Part shown: in pieces, positions 1 through 9,259 of the stretch
Layout of the letters: each line of letters begins with the position of its first letter
Position numbering within the stretch: position 1 is the stretch's first letter
Virus record (IMG/VR): IMGVR_UViG_3300023174_000046
Location: 1-64,000 of that record
DNA length: 64,000 nt
Direction: 5' to 3' (one strand)
The notes under the pieces: model-generated
Databases searched by the model: none
Seen by the model: only the letters and a program-made list of their open reading frames with translations
What the model was told of the DNA's origin: nothing
Made by a program: the position numbers and the translations under genes

Positions 1-27
1 TACCCAACAATCACATATACTACTGGT

Positions 28-348
28 ATGATGAATAAAGAAATTACTTACGAGATGTACGATGATAATGCAGGTGAGTGGCGTCAAGTAACTGAGCCCG
101 CTGTAGGTGGTATCAAGTGGCAGAAGCGTGAATCATTGGGTGGTGAGACACAGTCTGCCTACTACGATCACTCCTTCTACAAAGTGCCCTTCTATGGACC
201 TTACGATCAGGGTCGTATCCACAGAGCGCTCAACAGGTTATATCCTGCTCGCTTCAACAAGTTCGGTGGCTATTCAACGGTGAGTGCTGTTGAAAAGCTT
301 GATGATCAACATATTAAGGTAGAGATGTGCTACCACATAGGAGACTAA
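28..348 (+). CDS. hypothetical early protein
   Basis: 106-aa ORF; TATACT 6 nt upstream of ATG; first of a co-oriented early gene run. Confidence 0.75.
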   Translation: MMNKEITYEMYDDNAGEWRQVTEPAVGGIKWQKRESLGGETQSAYYDHSFYKVPFYGPYDQGRIHRALNRLYPARFNKFGGYSTVSAVEKLDDQHIKVEMCYHIGD

Positions 349-349
349 C

Positions 350-568
350 ATGACAAGTAAGCTAAGAGCATTCGAAGACACCGTATTATCCGTGCGAGAA
401 CCTAGGGAGCTTAAGGGATCGCTCATTTGTTCTATACAGGACAGTGATATACCCATCATAGATAAACGTAAGCTCATCATAGCCATTGATAGGTGTAACA
501 CTATCAACGACTTACAGCGCTTGTTCTACAACGCTTTACTCAAGTTTGAAGGCATGGGAGTCATCTAA
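350..568 (+). CDS. hypothetical early protein
   Basis: 72-aa ORF, AGGAG upstream, abuts previous gene. Confidence 0.7.
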   Translation: MTSKLRAFEDTVLSVREPRELKGSLICSIQDSDIPIIDKRKLIIAIDRCNTINDLQRLFYNALLKFEGMGVI

Positions 569-669
569 TGGATAAGTTTATACAGTTCATATTGAACGTG
601 TTAGCTAACCTCATAGCATTAGCTATCTATGCTAGCATCACATATTTCATTTGGAAGGCCATTTGGTAG
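568..669 (+). CDS. 33-aa single-pass membrane peptide (not in ORF track)
   Basis: MDKFIQFILNVLANLIALAIYASITYFIWKAIW; ATG overlaps TAA of previous gene (TAATG). Confidence 0.6.
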   Translation: MDKFIQFILNVLANLIALAIYASITYFIWKAIW

Positions 670-697
670 TTGCTTTAAACCCAACTTCCCGTATAAT
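670..697 (+). promoter_or_regulatory. sigma70-type early promoter, leaderless
   Basis: TTGCTT-N16-TATAAT-N6-ATG(704). Confidence 0.7.
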
Positions 698-703
698 AGT
701 AGT

Positions 704-937
704 ATGATGAATGAAGTAGCAGCAACAAGTGAAGAGACCACCGCGTACGCCTTAGGGTCTACGATTGGTACTCTTCTTAACTTAAAGCGAATGGTCGAGC
801 AGAACATGACCGACTATTCCAATAACCTAGAAGGTATGCGTGGGTTGCATCCCATGTGGTCTAAGAGTGAGTTGATGGATCAGTTTGATCGAGCCATCAA
901 TAAGCTCAATACCATTACATACCCTTACAAATATTAA
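704..937 (+). CDS. hypothetical early protein (start moved to ATG 704)
   Basis: in frame with track ORF 629..937; ATGATGAAT start shared with genes at 28 and 2124. Confidence 0.7.
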   Translation: MMNEVAATSEETTAYALGSTIGTLLNLKRMVEQNMTDYSNNLEGMRGLHPMWSKSELMDQFDRAINKLNTITYPYKY

Positions 938-950
938 AGGAGATACAATT

Positions 951-1208
951 ATGAGTACAACAGAAGAGACAACAGGCCATGAAGCACCCTACAACGCTGA
1001 CCTGCATTGCAAGAAGATTGCATGGATGGTTAAGCACAGTCCTGACTGGGACTATGAGACACAAACCCTTGAACAGTATCTGGAGACCGTACCTGAGTAT
1101 CCCACTGATGAACAGGTCAAGGACTTCAATCATCTGTACGTGGCACCTTTCGTGCCTTTTAAGAAAGAGATCCCATTCAAAGGAGATGAAGTAAATGAAG
1201 CATCGTAA
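951..1208 (+). CDS. hypothetical protein
   Basis: AAGGAGA SD 7 nt before ATG 951. Confidence 0.65.
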   Translation: MSTTEETTGHEAPYNADLHCKKIAWMVKHSPDWDYETQTLEQYLETVPEYPTDEQVKDFNHLYVAPFVPFKKEIPFKGDEVNEAS

Positions 1209-1398
1209 TCACTTTGATCAAAACGGAGACCTACGAGACATCTTTGCAGCACTTGCCATGCAGAGCTTAATGAACCAAGGCACACCTGTACCCAAGTGGG
1301 TGGCAGCACAAGCATACCGATACGCTGACGCTATGCTTGATGTAAGAGATGAAGTCAGCCATAATGATAACAACAAGGAGACATTGATCAATGAGTAA
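1195..1398 (+). CDS. small conserved phage protein (LRDxFAAxAMQ...AYxxADAML family)
   Basis: LRDIFAALAMQ and AYRYADAMLDVR motifs typical of a widespread phage family; AAGGAG SD. Confidence 0.75.
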   Translation: MKHRNHFDQNGDLRDIFAALAMQSLMNQGTPVPKWVAAQAYRYADAMLDVRDEVSHNDNNKETLINE

Positions 1399-2080
1399 CA
1401 CAACTAACATCACAGGAGAGGTGACCAATCACCTGGTAACAGCATTTGAATTCTTTAACAAGGCATTGGGTACAAATTTAGATACCCCAGTCTTTACCCT
1501 GATCCCCAACCGTGGTCGTCAAAGCTACTATGGATGGTATTGGCAGGGACGATGGAAGGATGGTAAGAAGACTCTACCTGAGATTAATATTACCGCTGAT
1601 ACATTGAAGCGCTCGGTAGAGGACATCTGTGAGACTATCATCCACGAGATGGTGCATTACAAGAACAACGTACTGGACATTGTAGATTGTAATGCTAACC
1701 AATACCACAACAAAGCGTTTAAAAAGCGTGCAGAAGAGTTTGGCTTGAAGGTAGAGAAGGTTAAGAACAAAGGCTATGCTCGTACCGCTTTGGATGAGAA
1801 AGCATCTGAGTTGGTTAAGAAGTACAAGAAGACGGTACTCAAGTCAGAGAAGAATCCCTTCCATGCATACAGGGTAACCGAGGAGCGTATTAGCATTGTG
1901 AAGAAGAATGGCAAGCGCTTCATTGCCATTGATGCTACATTGGCTGAACAAGCCGAGGATCAATATGATGGTGGTACATTGCGTGAGCTAGTGGAGCACC
2001 TGCTACAGAGTTATGTGTCAGAGGGCATGGTGCTACCACATGGTAGTGATGCCCGTCACCCTGTAGACGAGATCGCCTAA
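1391..2080 (+). CDS. SprT-like zinc metalloprotease domain protein
   Basis: HEMVH (HExxH) followed by YHNKAFKKRAEEFGL. Confidence 0.8.
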   Translation: MSNTTNITGEVTNHLVTAFEFFNKALGTNLDTPVFTLIPNRGRQSYYGWYWQGRWKDGKKTLPEINITADTLKRSVEDICETIIHEMVHYKNNVLDIVDCNANQYHNKAFKKRAEEFGLKVEKVKNKGYARTALDEKASELVKKYKKTVLKSEKNPFHAYRVTEERISIVKKNGKRFIAIDATLAEQAEDQYDGGTLRELVEHLLQSYVSEGMVLPHGSDARHPVDEIA

Positions 2081-2088
2081 CATTGATA

Positions 2089-2117
2089 TTGACTGCACGT
2101 TACTAACCATATACAAT
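2089..2117 (+). promoter_or_regulatory. sigma70-type early promoter, leaderless
   Basis: TTGACT-N17-TACAAT-N6-ATG(2124). Confidence 0.7.
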
Positions 2118-2123
2118 AGGAGT

Positions 2124-2420
2124 ATGATGAATGCAACGAATGATTACAAGACAATACCTTCTGTCTTTAAGAAGAAGGGCTTTACTTATACACAACTCAA
2201 GCGTGAAGGTAACAGGGCCATCTTCCAACAGACCAGAGAAGGATCTAGTTTAAACAACTATGAGGTGGTGAAGATTGGAAAGCATAATGGCTACTTGATG
2301 GGTGGGGTGATGATTGAGCCAGCTGAGACCTATCCAGGAAGTTCGTTGTGGGGTATTACAGGATGGACTTGTACGAGTATTGATGATGCGATGAAGAGGT
2401 ATGATGACCTTGTCAGCTGA
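2124..2420 (+). CDS. hypothetical early protein
   Basis: 98-aa ORF directly after promoter. Confidence 0.75.
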   Translation: MMNATNDYKTIPSVFKKKGFTYTQLKREGNRAIFQQTREGSSLNNYEVVKIGKHNGYLMGGVMIEPAETYPGSSLWGITGWTCTSIDDAMKRYDDLVS

Positions 2421-2565
2421 ACAATACTTCGAGACCAGACGTAAAGAGATAGACAAGTATGTGGAAGGTGAGCATGCATGGTTTGGTTGCACAGATACAA
2501 CATGGCCTAACCTATCTGCATACCCTAATGCTGCACCTTGGTACCTAAACAATGACAACAATTAA
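2401..2565 (+). CDS. 54-aa hypothetical protein (not in ORF track)
   Basis: MMTLSAEQYFETRRKEIDKYVEGEHAWFGC...; overlaps both neighbours in operon fashion. Confidence 0.5.
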   Translation: MMTLSAEQYFETRRKEIDKYVEGEHAWFGCTDTTWPNLSAYPNAAPWYLNNDNN

Positions 2566-2725
2566 GATGCTATTGATAGTAATTGTATCGGCTGTGTTAC
2601 TTGTAAGCATACTCATGTGCACATGGCAGTTGTTCTGGTATGTATTGGAGATGGCCATTCAACATCCATTGCCTGTTCTGATTGTATCGGCCATGCTTCT
2701 GTACTGCATGCATTGTTTGAAATAA
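2552..2725 (+). CDS. 57-aa membrane protein with two hydrophobic segments (not in ORF track)
   Basis: MTTIKMLLIVIVSAVLLVSILMCTWQLFWYVLEMAIQHPLPVLIVSAMLLYCMHCLK. Confidence 0.55.
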   Translation: MTTIKMLLIVIVSAVLLVSILMCTWQLFWYVLEMAIQHPLPVLIVSAMLLYCMHCLK

Positions 2726-2896
2726 GAGGTGGTGTTTTAAAAATGCACGGTTGTTCTAGAAACACAGTGTGTTCTATAGAATGCCGTTAATAGATAACAA
2801 GCACGGGAATTTGCATATACAGAGGTTTTGGGAACATGTTTCTATAGGTGCATGCTAAAATTTTTTTGCAAAATTTTTGTGAATTCCTATAAGGGC

Positions 2897-2924
2897 TTGC
2901 ATCTGTTAACGTTCCCCGTATAAT
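2897..2924 (+). promoter_or_regulatory. sigma70-type promoter, leaderless
   Basis: TTGCAT-N16-TATAAT-N7-ATG(2932). Confidence 0.7.
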
Positions 2925-2931
2925 AGTACAT

Positions 2932-3087
2932 ATGGCAAACATAATCAGACATGCAAATAACCATGGCAACAAGACCCTGGCCCGTCAGTTCCGCGAGGCT
3001 ACCATTCGTCCTATTAAGTCTATAGGAGCACGGCACAAACCTGCATATCGTGCGCAACGGTCCGATTTTGGCAAGAAGCGCACATGA
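2932..3087 (+). CDS. 51-aa highly basic protein (not in ORF track)
   Basis: MANIIRHANNHGNKTLARQFREATIRPIKSIGARHKPAYRAQRSDFGKKRT; own promoter; ATGA overlap with next ORF. Confidence 0.65.
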   Translation: MANIIRHANNHGNKTLARQFREATIRPIKSIGARHKPAYRAQRSDFGKKRT

Positions 3088-3356
3088 AAACCTGGGTTGT
3101 TACTGTATGTACTGTTGCAACAGTGTTACTAGCATTTAACATATGGTCTTACTATAGAATGGATACAAGTAAATCTAACATGTCTTACTCTCATACTGAT
3201 GTTACTAATAAAACTGTGATTACTGTGATGCATAGCAATACCCATGCATTAATGCATAGTAATACTGTACATGGTAGTGATAATCATCCCCATCTATGCG
3301 ACGAAGAACCCTATTACTTTGGCATCACCACTGGACACAGTTGGAAAAGCCGGTAA
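3084..3356 (+). CDS. putative membrane-anchored protein
   Basis: N-terminal hydrophobic helix; low-complexity His/Thr-rich remainder. Confidence 0.45.
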   Translation: MKTWVVTVCTVATVLLAFNIWSYYRMDTSKSNMSYSHTDVTNKTVITVMHSNTHALMHSNTVHGSDNHPHLCDEEPYYFGITTGHSWKSR

Positions 3357-3440
3357 TACTGTAGATACTGTAGGTTATTGTAGAAAATTTGCAGGCCGAG
3401 CCGGCCGAACAAATGGTGGGGTGGATTCTTAAATATTGGC

Positions 3441-3914
3441 ATGATTGTGCCTGCTCAAAACCTGTTATCTCCCTTTGCCTCACGCAACAAGCTGCCTCGT
3501 AATTTTGTTCTGTCTGATGCCAATTATTACTGTCCTGCGCAGACCATGGTGGATAATCTGATTGTGCCTGCCTACAAATGGTGGATGCGATCTCTCAAAT
3601 GGACCAATTGGACTCACAAGTGGGATTGTGATAACTTCGCTGATGCTTTTAAACTGTTTGCTTGTGGCTATCATGCACAGAACACACAAGATGATGCAGA
3701 GGGTATATCCATTGGGGTGATTAACTACATGGCCAATTCTAGGGCGGAGGATGGACTCAAGGGCGGCCATGCCATCAACATCATCTACACTGATGCAGGC
3801 AAGGACGACCATGGAGAAGATATTGTACAGCCTTTGTTTTTTGAGCCGCAGACCGGTGGTTACTACAATCTTTCTGAAGAAGAGTTCCATAGCATTTGGA
3901 CTGTGTACATTTAG
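3441..3914 (+). CDS. papain/transglutaminase-like cysteine protease domain protein (agglutinin C-terminal-like)
   Basis: WDCDNFA, GHAIN and FFEPQTG motifs; TAAATA 5 nt upstream. Confidence 0.65.
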   Translation: MIVPAQNLLSPFASRNKLPRNFVLSDANYYCPAQTMVDNLIVPAYKWWMRSLKWTNWTHKWDCDNFADAFKLFACGYHAQNTQDDAEGISIGVINYMANSRAEDGLKGGHAINIIYTDAGKDDHGEDIVQPLFFEPQTGGYYNLSEEEFHSIWTVYI

Positions 3915-3947
3915 TTGCTATTGCCATTTGCACCAGTAAATAGCTAC

Positions 3948-4151
3948 ATGAAATTAGTCATTGAAACAGTTATTAAGACGGTGGATAACAGAGAACTTGA
4001 AACCTTCTCCACGCTCATTGATTCTGCTGATATTCAGAAGATCATCAACAAGCAGGGTGTTGCAGCTGCCAACAAAGCTATTGAGAGTTTCTCCAATACC
4101 TATCACAAGCAGTTCAACAAGAAGCTTTCTGCCTCTCTGAACAAGCTATAA
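3948..4151 (+). CDS. hypothetical protein
   Basis: TAAATA-N5-ATG 3948, in frame with track ORF. Confidence 0.6.
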   Translation: MKLVIETVIKTVDNRELETFSTLIDSADIQKIINKQGVAAANKAIESFSNTYHKQFNKKLSASLNKL

Positions 4152-4182
4152 TATATTGTAGTTTTTGGCCATAAATAATATT

Positions 4183-4332
4183 ATGGCCACACGCAAGGGT
4201 AAGAAGACATCATGTCTGTCCAAGACAGAGTGTGAAACCATATTGTTCAAATTGGATGCTCAGAAGACCAGCAAATACTATGCAGATGTGCTCAAGCAGT
4301 TAGAGAAGCTCAATTCAAAACGCAACAAATAA
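4183..4332 (+). CDS. 49-aa basic protein (not in ORF track)
   Basis: MATRKGKKTSCLSKTECETILFKLDAQK...; TAAATA-N5-ATG. Confidence 0.55.
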   Translation: MATRKGKKTSCLSKTECETILFKLDAQKTSKYYADVLKQLEKLNSKRNK

Positions 4333-4342
4333 TTTTGCAATT

Positions 4343-7300
4343 TTATATGCCCCACTTGCTGGACAAGTACAAGGTGGCAGTAGTTAATTCCTCTGGTGTC
4401 AGCAGTCTATCATATGCAACAAATTCACCCATAACACCATTATGGTAATACGGTGTACTCAGAACAAATCTGCGTCCAATGCCAGCTTTTGCAGCATCTG
4501 TAGCATTTATATTGCCCGCAGTTTGAAATGCTGGATCATAACCGGCAGTGATGTTGTTGAAGAACAATGACACTGTGCCTGCCACTGGTGGCAATGTGGT
4601 GCTGCGTGCACCTGCATAATCAATGGCAGCTGTGAAGATGCCTGGTGCAAGGAAATTTTTCTCTGTGGCTGTGTCCAGTGACAGTGGTGCACCACCGTCA
4701 TTTGTATCTGAATCAAGTCTTCTGCCACCGGCAGAGAAGTATACACCACGGTCATTTAATACGGGGCTTATGGGTGCAGGGTTGGACATGAACTTGATTC
4801 TGGAGCTCAATGTGTTGCCTGGGGGTGGCACAGCGTTTGCAAAAATAGTTTCAGCACTAAGAGTTGTGAAACCAACATTAGGATTACCAAATTGTGAAAC
4901 AGAGATGAGTGTAATGCCAGACGATCCATTGGAGAAGGTGAGAGCATTGCCTGTGCCAGTGAGAGCAGTAGAATTTGCAGATGTAAATTTAATATATTTT
5001 CTATCGCGATAGCTTGACAACACTGGCCTGTTGCTGCTAATGTTTTGTGAGAAATCTCTTTTGTTTGAAGTTTTGTCACGCCAAGTTGAAACTGGTGTAT
5101 TTAATGTGCAAGGATTGCCAGTAGAATCTATTACTGTTGCACTGTTATCTGAATCCAACCATATGGCTGGATCAGGAGGCATGGCAGGTGCAGAGTCTTC
5201 AACATTAACAAGCCATGATGAGTTTGCAAGTGGTGCAATCACACACAATGTGACATACCAGGTGTCCAGGCCAGATGGCAGTGTGTATGCATTTGATAGA
5301 TTGAAGAAGAAATCCTCACCTACAGCTGGTCCAACTACCACGCTGTACCCTAGTGCAGTGAGTGCAGCATTGTATGCAGAATTGCCTCTGAATCCTGTGT
5401 CTAATAATGCCTTCTTATTTCTGTTGTCATACCAAATGTACCTGTCAGGAATGTCAAAATTATCAAATGAGAAAGTGATTTTATTTGGTATGGGACTGCC
5501 TGTGTTTATGGGTATTTCAAATATGCCCTGTTCACCCAGTATTGTGATGGGGCTGAATGCATCTTGTGGCGTCACAGTGGGTGTGGGTGTCATGGTGGGT
5601 GTGGGGGTGGGTGATAGGCCAGATGTTTGTGTCACCGTGGGTGTCACAGTAGGCGTCACTGTGGGTGTTGCAGTGCGTGTCACAGTAGGTGTCACAGTGG
5701 GTGTGGGGGTGATTGTAGGTGTCAGGGTGATGGTGGGAGTCACAGTAGGTGTCACAGTGGGTGTGGGTGTGGGTGTCGGGGTGATTGTGGGTGGTAATAG
5801 AGTACCCCACTTGCTGGCCAGATAGAAATTAACTGCATACAATTCTGCAGGTGTGAGTATTCTTTCATATGCTATGAACTCACCAATGACACCATTGTGA
5901 TAAGCGGCATCTGCAACAAATCTGCGTCCAATGCCAGCTCTGGCTGCATTGGTAGGTGAGGTGTTGCCAGCAGTTTGAAAAGCAGGATCTGATCCTGCAG
6001 CATTACCGTTGAAGAATATGTTCACATTGGCAGCGGCATAATTAATGGTAGTTGTTATCACACCTGGCGCGCTAAGATTCTTCACAGTGGCAGTGGATAT
6101 ATCCAATGGTGCACCTTGATCGTTTGCATCAGAATCCAACCTTCTACCACCAGCTGCAAAATAGAACCCTTCATCAGCACCAGTTTGCACACGCGATGGG
6201 TTGGTCATCAATCTGACTCTGGTACTAGCACCACCACCTGGTGATGGTCTGGTATTTGCAAAGATAGTTTCAGCCGCTGTGGCGCCAAGCACGTTTGGAT
6301 TGCCAAATTGTGCAACACTTGCCAATGTGATGCCTGCAACATTATTGGAGAAGGTGAGAGAATTAGCATTGCCAAGTAGAGCAGTGGCATTTGCAGCATT
6401 GAATTTGATGTATTTGTTATTGTTGTAACTGGACAGCACAGGTCTAGCACTGCTGGTAGGTTGTTCAAAGTGTCTGTTGTTTATGGTTAAGTCCCGCCAT
6501 GTGGCCACAGGTGTATTGAGTGCACAAGGGTTGCCAGATGCATCCAGCACGCTGGCACTGTTGCTTGAATCCAGCCATATGGCTGGGTTGCGAGGTATGC
6601 CGCTAAATAACACGGAGTCTTCAACATTAACAAGCCATGATGAGTTTGCAAGTGGTGCAATCACACACAATGTGACATACCAGGTGTCCAGATTGGACGG
6701 CAATGTGTATATGTTTGATAGGTTGAGAAAGGACTCTTGACCTGTAGTTGGTCCCACCACTGCATCATAACCCAATGCATTGAGTGCAGCATTGTATGCA
6801 GAATTGCCTCTGAATCCTGTATCATACAATACTCTTTTGTTTCTGTTATCATACCAAATGTACCTGTCAGGCACATCATAATTATCGAACGAGAAAGTAA
6901 TTATATTTGGTATGGGGCTTCCCGTGTTTACGGGTATTTCAAATATGCCTTGATTGCCAAATATTGTAATGGGACTGAATGCATCTTGTGGCGTCACAGT
7001 GGGTGTTACTGTTGGTGTGTGAGTCACAGTTGGTGTCACTGTTGTAGTTGGTGTAACTGTTACAGTTGGTGTTACTGTTGGCGTCGGTGTTGGTTGATAA
7101 TAGATGTTATTTAATTTAAAATTCCAAGTACTATATTCCAATGGTGAAATTACACATAACTTCACGAAAGTTGTAACAGTGCTTGGTTTGTAGAATGTGA
7201 ATGAAGTTGTTTGTGCATTAGTTGTAACATTAGGATAACCGAGTGCATTAAGAGCAGAATTATAAGAAGAGCTTCCCATGAAACCTGTGTCAAATAATAT

Positions 7301-8440
7301 TGTTGCATTGTCTCTTATTGCAATATATCGATCAGGTATTTCAAAGGATTCAAGTGTTACATCAACCCATGCTTGGTTAGTTGTCTGTGTATCGATGAGG
7401 TATTTGTATATACCAGTTGCACCTTCAATCTGTGTTGCAGGTGGGTAGGTTACAATTTGTGGTAATGTTACTGTTGGTGTAACAGTGGGTGTTACTGTGG
7501 GTGTGAGAGTTACAGTTGGTGTGACCGTTGCAGTTGGCGTAACAGTAGCTGTTGGTGTGACCGTTGCTGTGGGTGTAACAGTAGTTGTAGGTGTAACTGT
7601 AGATGTTACTGTGGGTGTTACTGTTGGGGTAACAGTCGGTGTGACTGTTGCAGTAGGCGTTACTGTTGGCGTGACTGTTGGGGTAACTGTTGGGGTAACT
7701 GTTGGAGTCACTGTTGGAGTCACTGTTGCTGTGGGTGTAACAGTAGATGTTGGTGTTACCGTTGGTGTAACAGTATTCGTTGGCGTGAGAGAAATGGTTG
7801 GTGTAACAGTTGGTGTAATAGAAGGTGTGAGCGAGACAGTAGGTGTTGGTGTTGCTGTTACCAGGTTAATGCCTGCAGCATCATAACCACCACGATCCTT
7901 TACAACAACGTTAAGTTCTGCATTCGCTGTAAACGGTGGTAGTATGAGCGAAAGTTTATTATCGCTGTATATATCGTAATTAATAAATTGATAGCCTGAG
8001 AACGTAGGGAATGAGGTTGAAAGACTTGCAGTGTTCGTAAAATCAGTGATTTCTACAAAGTTGCTGAGATAGTCAGTCAAGACGACACCACTTGAAATTT
8101 TATCAAAAAACGACCCACTCAAATAAACACCATTTGTAAAATAAAATCTGTAACCTAATAATGTAAGGTCTGCTTCTGTGCCGAGGGGCAATGTATATGC
8201 ATCTAGTGTTGTACCGGTGTAATAAACATTCGTTATATAGAGTGGTGCGCCAGATAAAAGAATAGGTGCTTCTGTATTCGAAGTAAGGGATGTAAAGTTA
8301 ACAGTAAGAGTGGAGAGATTATTGAAAAACGTTTGACTAACTGAAACATTTGTTACTGGTATGGGTGCACCTGATATCCGCACACTTTCGGTATTACTAT
8401 TATTATTAGTAATGATTTTATAAGTAGAACTGCGTTTCAC
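4343..8440 (-). CDS. large virion surface/fibre protein with Pro-Thr linkers and duplicated ConA/LamG-like modules
   Basis: three (PT/VT)n linkers; two copies of PAIWLDS...TWRD...RP...GEFxAY...SKWG module; TAAATA upstream of GTG. Confidence 0.75.
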   Translation of the reverse strand: MKRSSTYKIITNNNSNTESVRISGAPIPVTNVSVSQTFFNNLSTLTVNFTSLTSNTEAPILLSGAPLYITNVYYTGTTLDAYTLPLGTEADLTLLGYRFYFTNGVYLSGSFFDKISSGVVLTDYLSNFVEITDFTNTASLSTSFPTFSGYQFINYDIYSDNKLSLILPPFTANAELNVVVKDRGGYDAAGINLVTATPTPTVSLTPSITPTVTPTISLTPTNTVTPTVTPTSTVTPTATVTPTVTPTVTPTVTPTVTPTVTPTATVTPTVTPTVTPTVTSTVTPTTTVTPTATVTPTATVTPTATVTPTVTLTPTVTPTVTPTVTLPQIVTYPPATQIEGATGIYKYLIDTQTTNQAWVDVTLESFEIPDRYIAIRDNATILFDTGFMGSSSYNSALNALGYPNVTTNAQTTSFTFYKPSTVTTFVKLCVISPLEYSTWNFKLNNIYYQPTPTPTVTPTVTVTPTTTVTPTVTHTPTVTPTVTPQDAFSPITIFGNQGIFEIPVNTGSPIPNIITFSFDNYDVPDRYIWYDNRNKRVLYDTGFRGNSAYNAALNALGYDAVVGPTTGQESFLNLSNIYTLPSNLDTWYVTLCVIAPLANSSWLVNVEDSVLFSGIPRNPAIWLDSSNSASVLDASGNPCALNTPVATWRDLTINNRHFEQPTSSARPVLSSYNNNKYIKFNAANATALLGNANSLTFSNNVAGITLASVAQFGNPNVLGATAAETIFANTRPSPGGGASTRVRLMTNPSRVQTGADEGFYFAAGGRRLDSDANDQGAPLDISTATVKNLSAPGVITTTINYAAANVNIFFNGNAAGSDPAFQTAGNTSPTNAARAGIGRRFVADAAYHNGVIGEFIAYERILTPAELYAVNFYLASKWGTLLPPTITPTPTPTPTVTPTVTPTITLTPTITPTPTVTPTVTRTATPTVTPTVTPTVTQTSGLSPTPTPTMTPTPTVTPQDAFSPITILGEQGIFEIPINTGSPIPNKITFSFDNFDIPDRYIWYDNRNKKALLDTGFRGNSAYNAALTALGYSVVVGPAVGEDFFFNLSNAYTLPSGLDTWYVTLCVIAPLANSSWLVNVEDSAPAMPPDPAIWLDSDNSATVIDSTGNPCTLNTPVSTWRDKTSNKRDFSQNISSNRPVLSSYRDRKYIKFTSANSTALTGTGNALTFSNGSSGITLISVSQFGNPNVGFTTLSAETIFANAVPPPGNTLSSRIKFMSNPAPISPVLNDRGVYFSAGGRRLDSDTNDGGAPLSLDTATEKNFLAPGIFTAAIDYAGARSTTLPPVAGTVSLFFNNITAGYDPAFQTAGNINATDAAKAGIGRRFVLSTPYYHNGVMGEFVAYDRLLTPEELTTATLYLSSKWGI
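5193..6691. repeat. internal duplication with a 77-bp perfect direct repeat (5193-5269 = 6615-6691)
   Basis: gagtcttcaacattaacaagccatgatgag...caggtgtccag identical in both copies, 1422 bp apart. Confidence 0.85.
7465..7860. repeat. degenerate tandem repeat encoding TPTV/TPTA
   Basis: repeated gttggtgt(a/g)ac(a/t)gt-like units; similar tracts at about 5575-5790 and 6990-7095. Confidence 0.85.
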
Positions 8441-8490
8441 TTGTTATTATTTAACGGAAAAAACAAATATTATCTAATAAGAATGCCTGT

Positions 8491-8925
8491 TTAACTGTAT
8501 GTTTTAAGTATTAAGTCAACTGCGTTAGAAGCAACTGGCATATCCTGTATTTCACTATAATCACCATAAGGGTCGTTATGATCTGCTTTTGTTGTTATGA
8601 TGGTGTTTTTTGGACACGTCTCAATTATTAAATTAAGCAGCAATTTAGATGCTGCATTTGTTTTGGATCTTTCAAGTAAATCTTTAACATTTTCTGTATT
8701 GAATTTACCCTTCAAGGCTTGTATGGGGTTAGTATATTTTAGAAATATTTCTATTGGTAAAAAGATGAGCGTGGTTTCAGCGCAGTCTCTTATTACTCTT
8801 GCTGCACCTTGCTTAATGATTGTAATTCCTGTTTCAGGATTTGTGAAAGCTTTTTGCGCTGGTCCATATAATTTTGCTTTAGGTTCCAACGAATTTTCAA
8901 GTATGATGGTTTCAATATTTGTCAT
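8491..8925 (-). CDS. hypothetical protein
   Basis: 144-aa ORF. Confidence 0.65.
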   Translation of the reverse strand: MTNIETIILENSLEPKAKLYGPAQKAFTNPETGITIIKQGAARVIRDCAETTLIFLPIEIFLKYTNPIQALKGKFNTENVKDLLERSKTNAASKLLLNLIIETCPKNTIITTKADHNDPYGDYSEIQDMPVASNAVDLILKTYS

Positions 8926-8947
8926 TTTTTGTCTAAATACTTATAGG

Positions 8948-9259
8948 GTGAATCTCATCATTAATGCAGATTTATCAAACCCACCGACAAGCAAGTTATC
9001 TTTTCGGGAGCTAACCTTTTACGCACATGAATTCTGTAATTATTCTGTTATTCTGGAAACAGACAACAACAAAGACATCTACTACAAATACCTCAAAGGA
9101 TGGCCAATGGAGTTTATTGAAGACATCTTACCGGTAGGTGAAGAGGATGGCTTGCGTATTGATATTGAATCAAACTACGCACCTACAGTTCTTGTAGACA
9201 GAATTACATCAAGTAATCTTGTCTATTTATTGGAGTGTATAGGTTTTAGGCTTTTTTAG
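8948..9259 (+). CDS. hypothetical protein (start moved to GTG 8948)
   Basis: TAAATA 8934-8939 upstream; the upstream part of the track ORF is a shadow of 8491..8925. Confidence 0.6.
   Translation: MNLIINADLSNPPTSKLSFRELTFYAHEFCNYSVILETDNNKDIYYKYLKGWPMEFIEDILPVGEEDGLRIDIESNYAPTVLVDRITSSNLVYLLECIGFRLF

Noticed and set aside
5575-7860. CRISPR-like or non-coding repeat array
   Set aside because: The repeats are in-frame, degenerate at third positions and have no unique spacers. No cas genes are present.
5031-7886. Long + strand ORFs (5031..5825, 7485..7886 and others) rich in VGVT
   Set aside because: Antisense shadows of the Pro/Thr repeats in 4343..8440.
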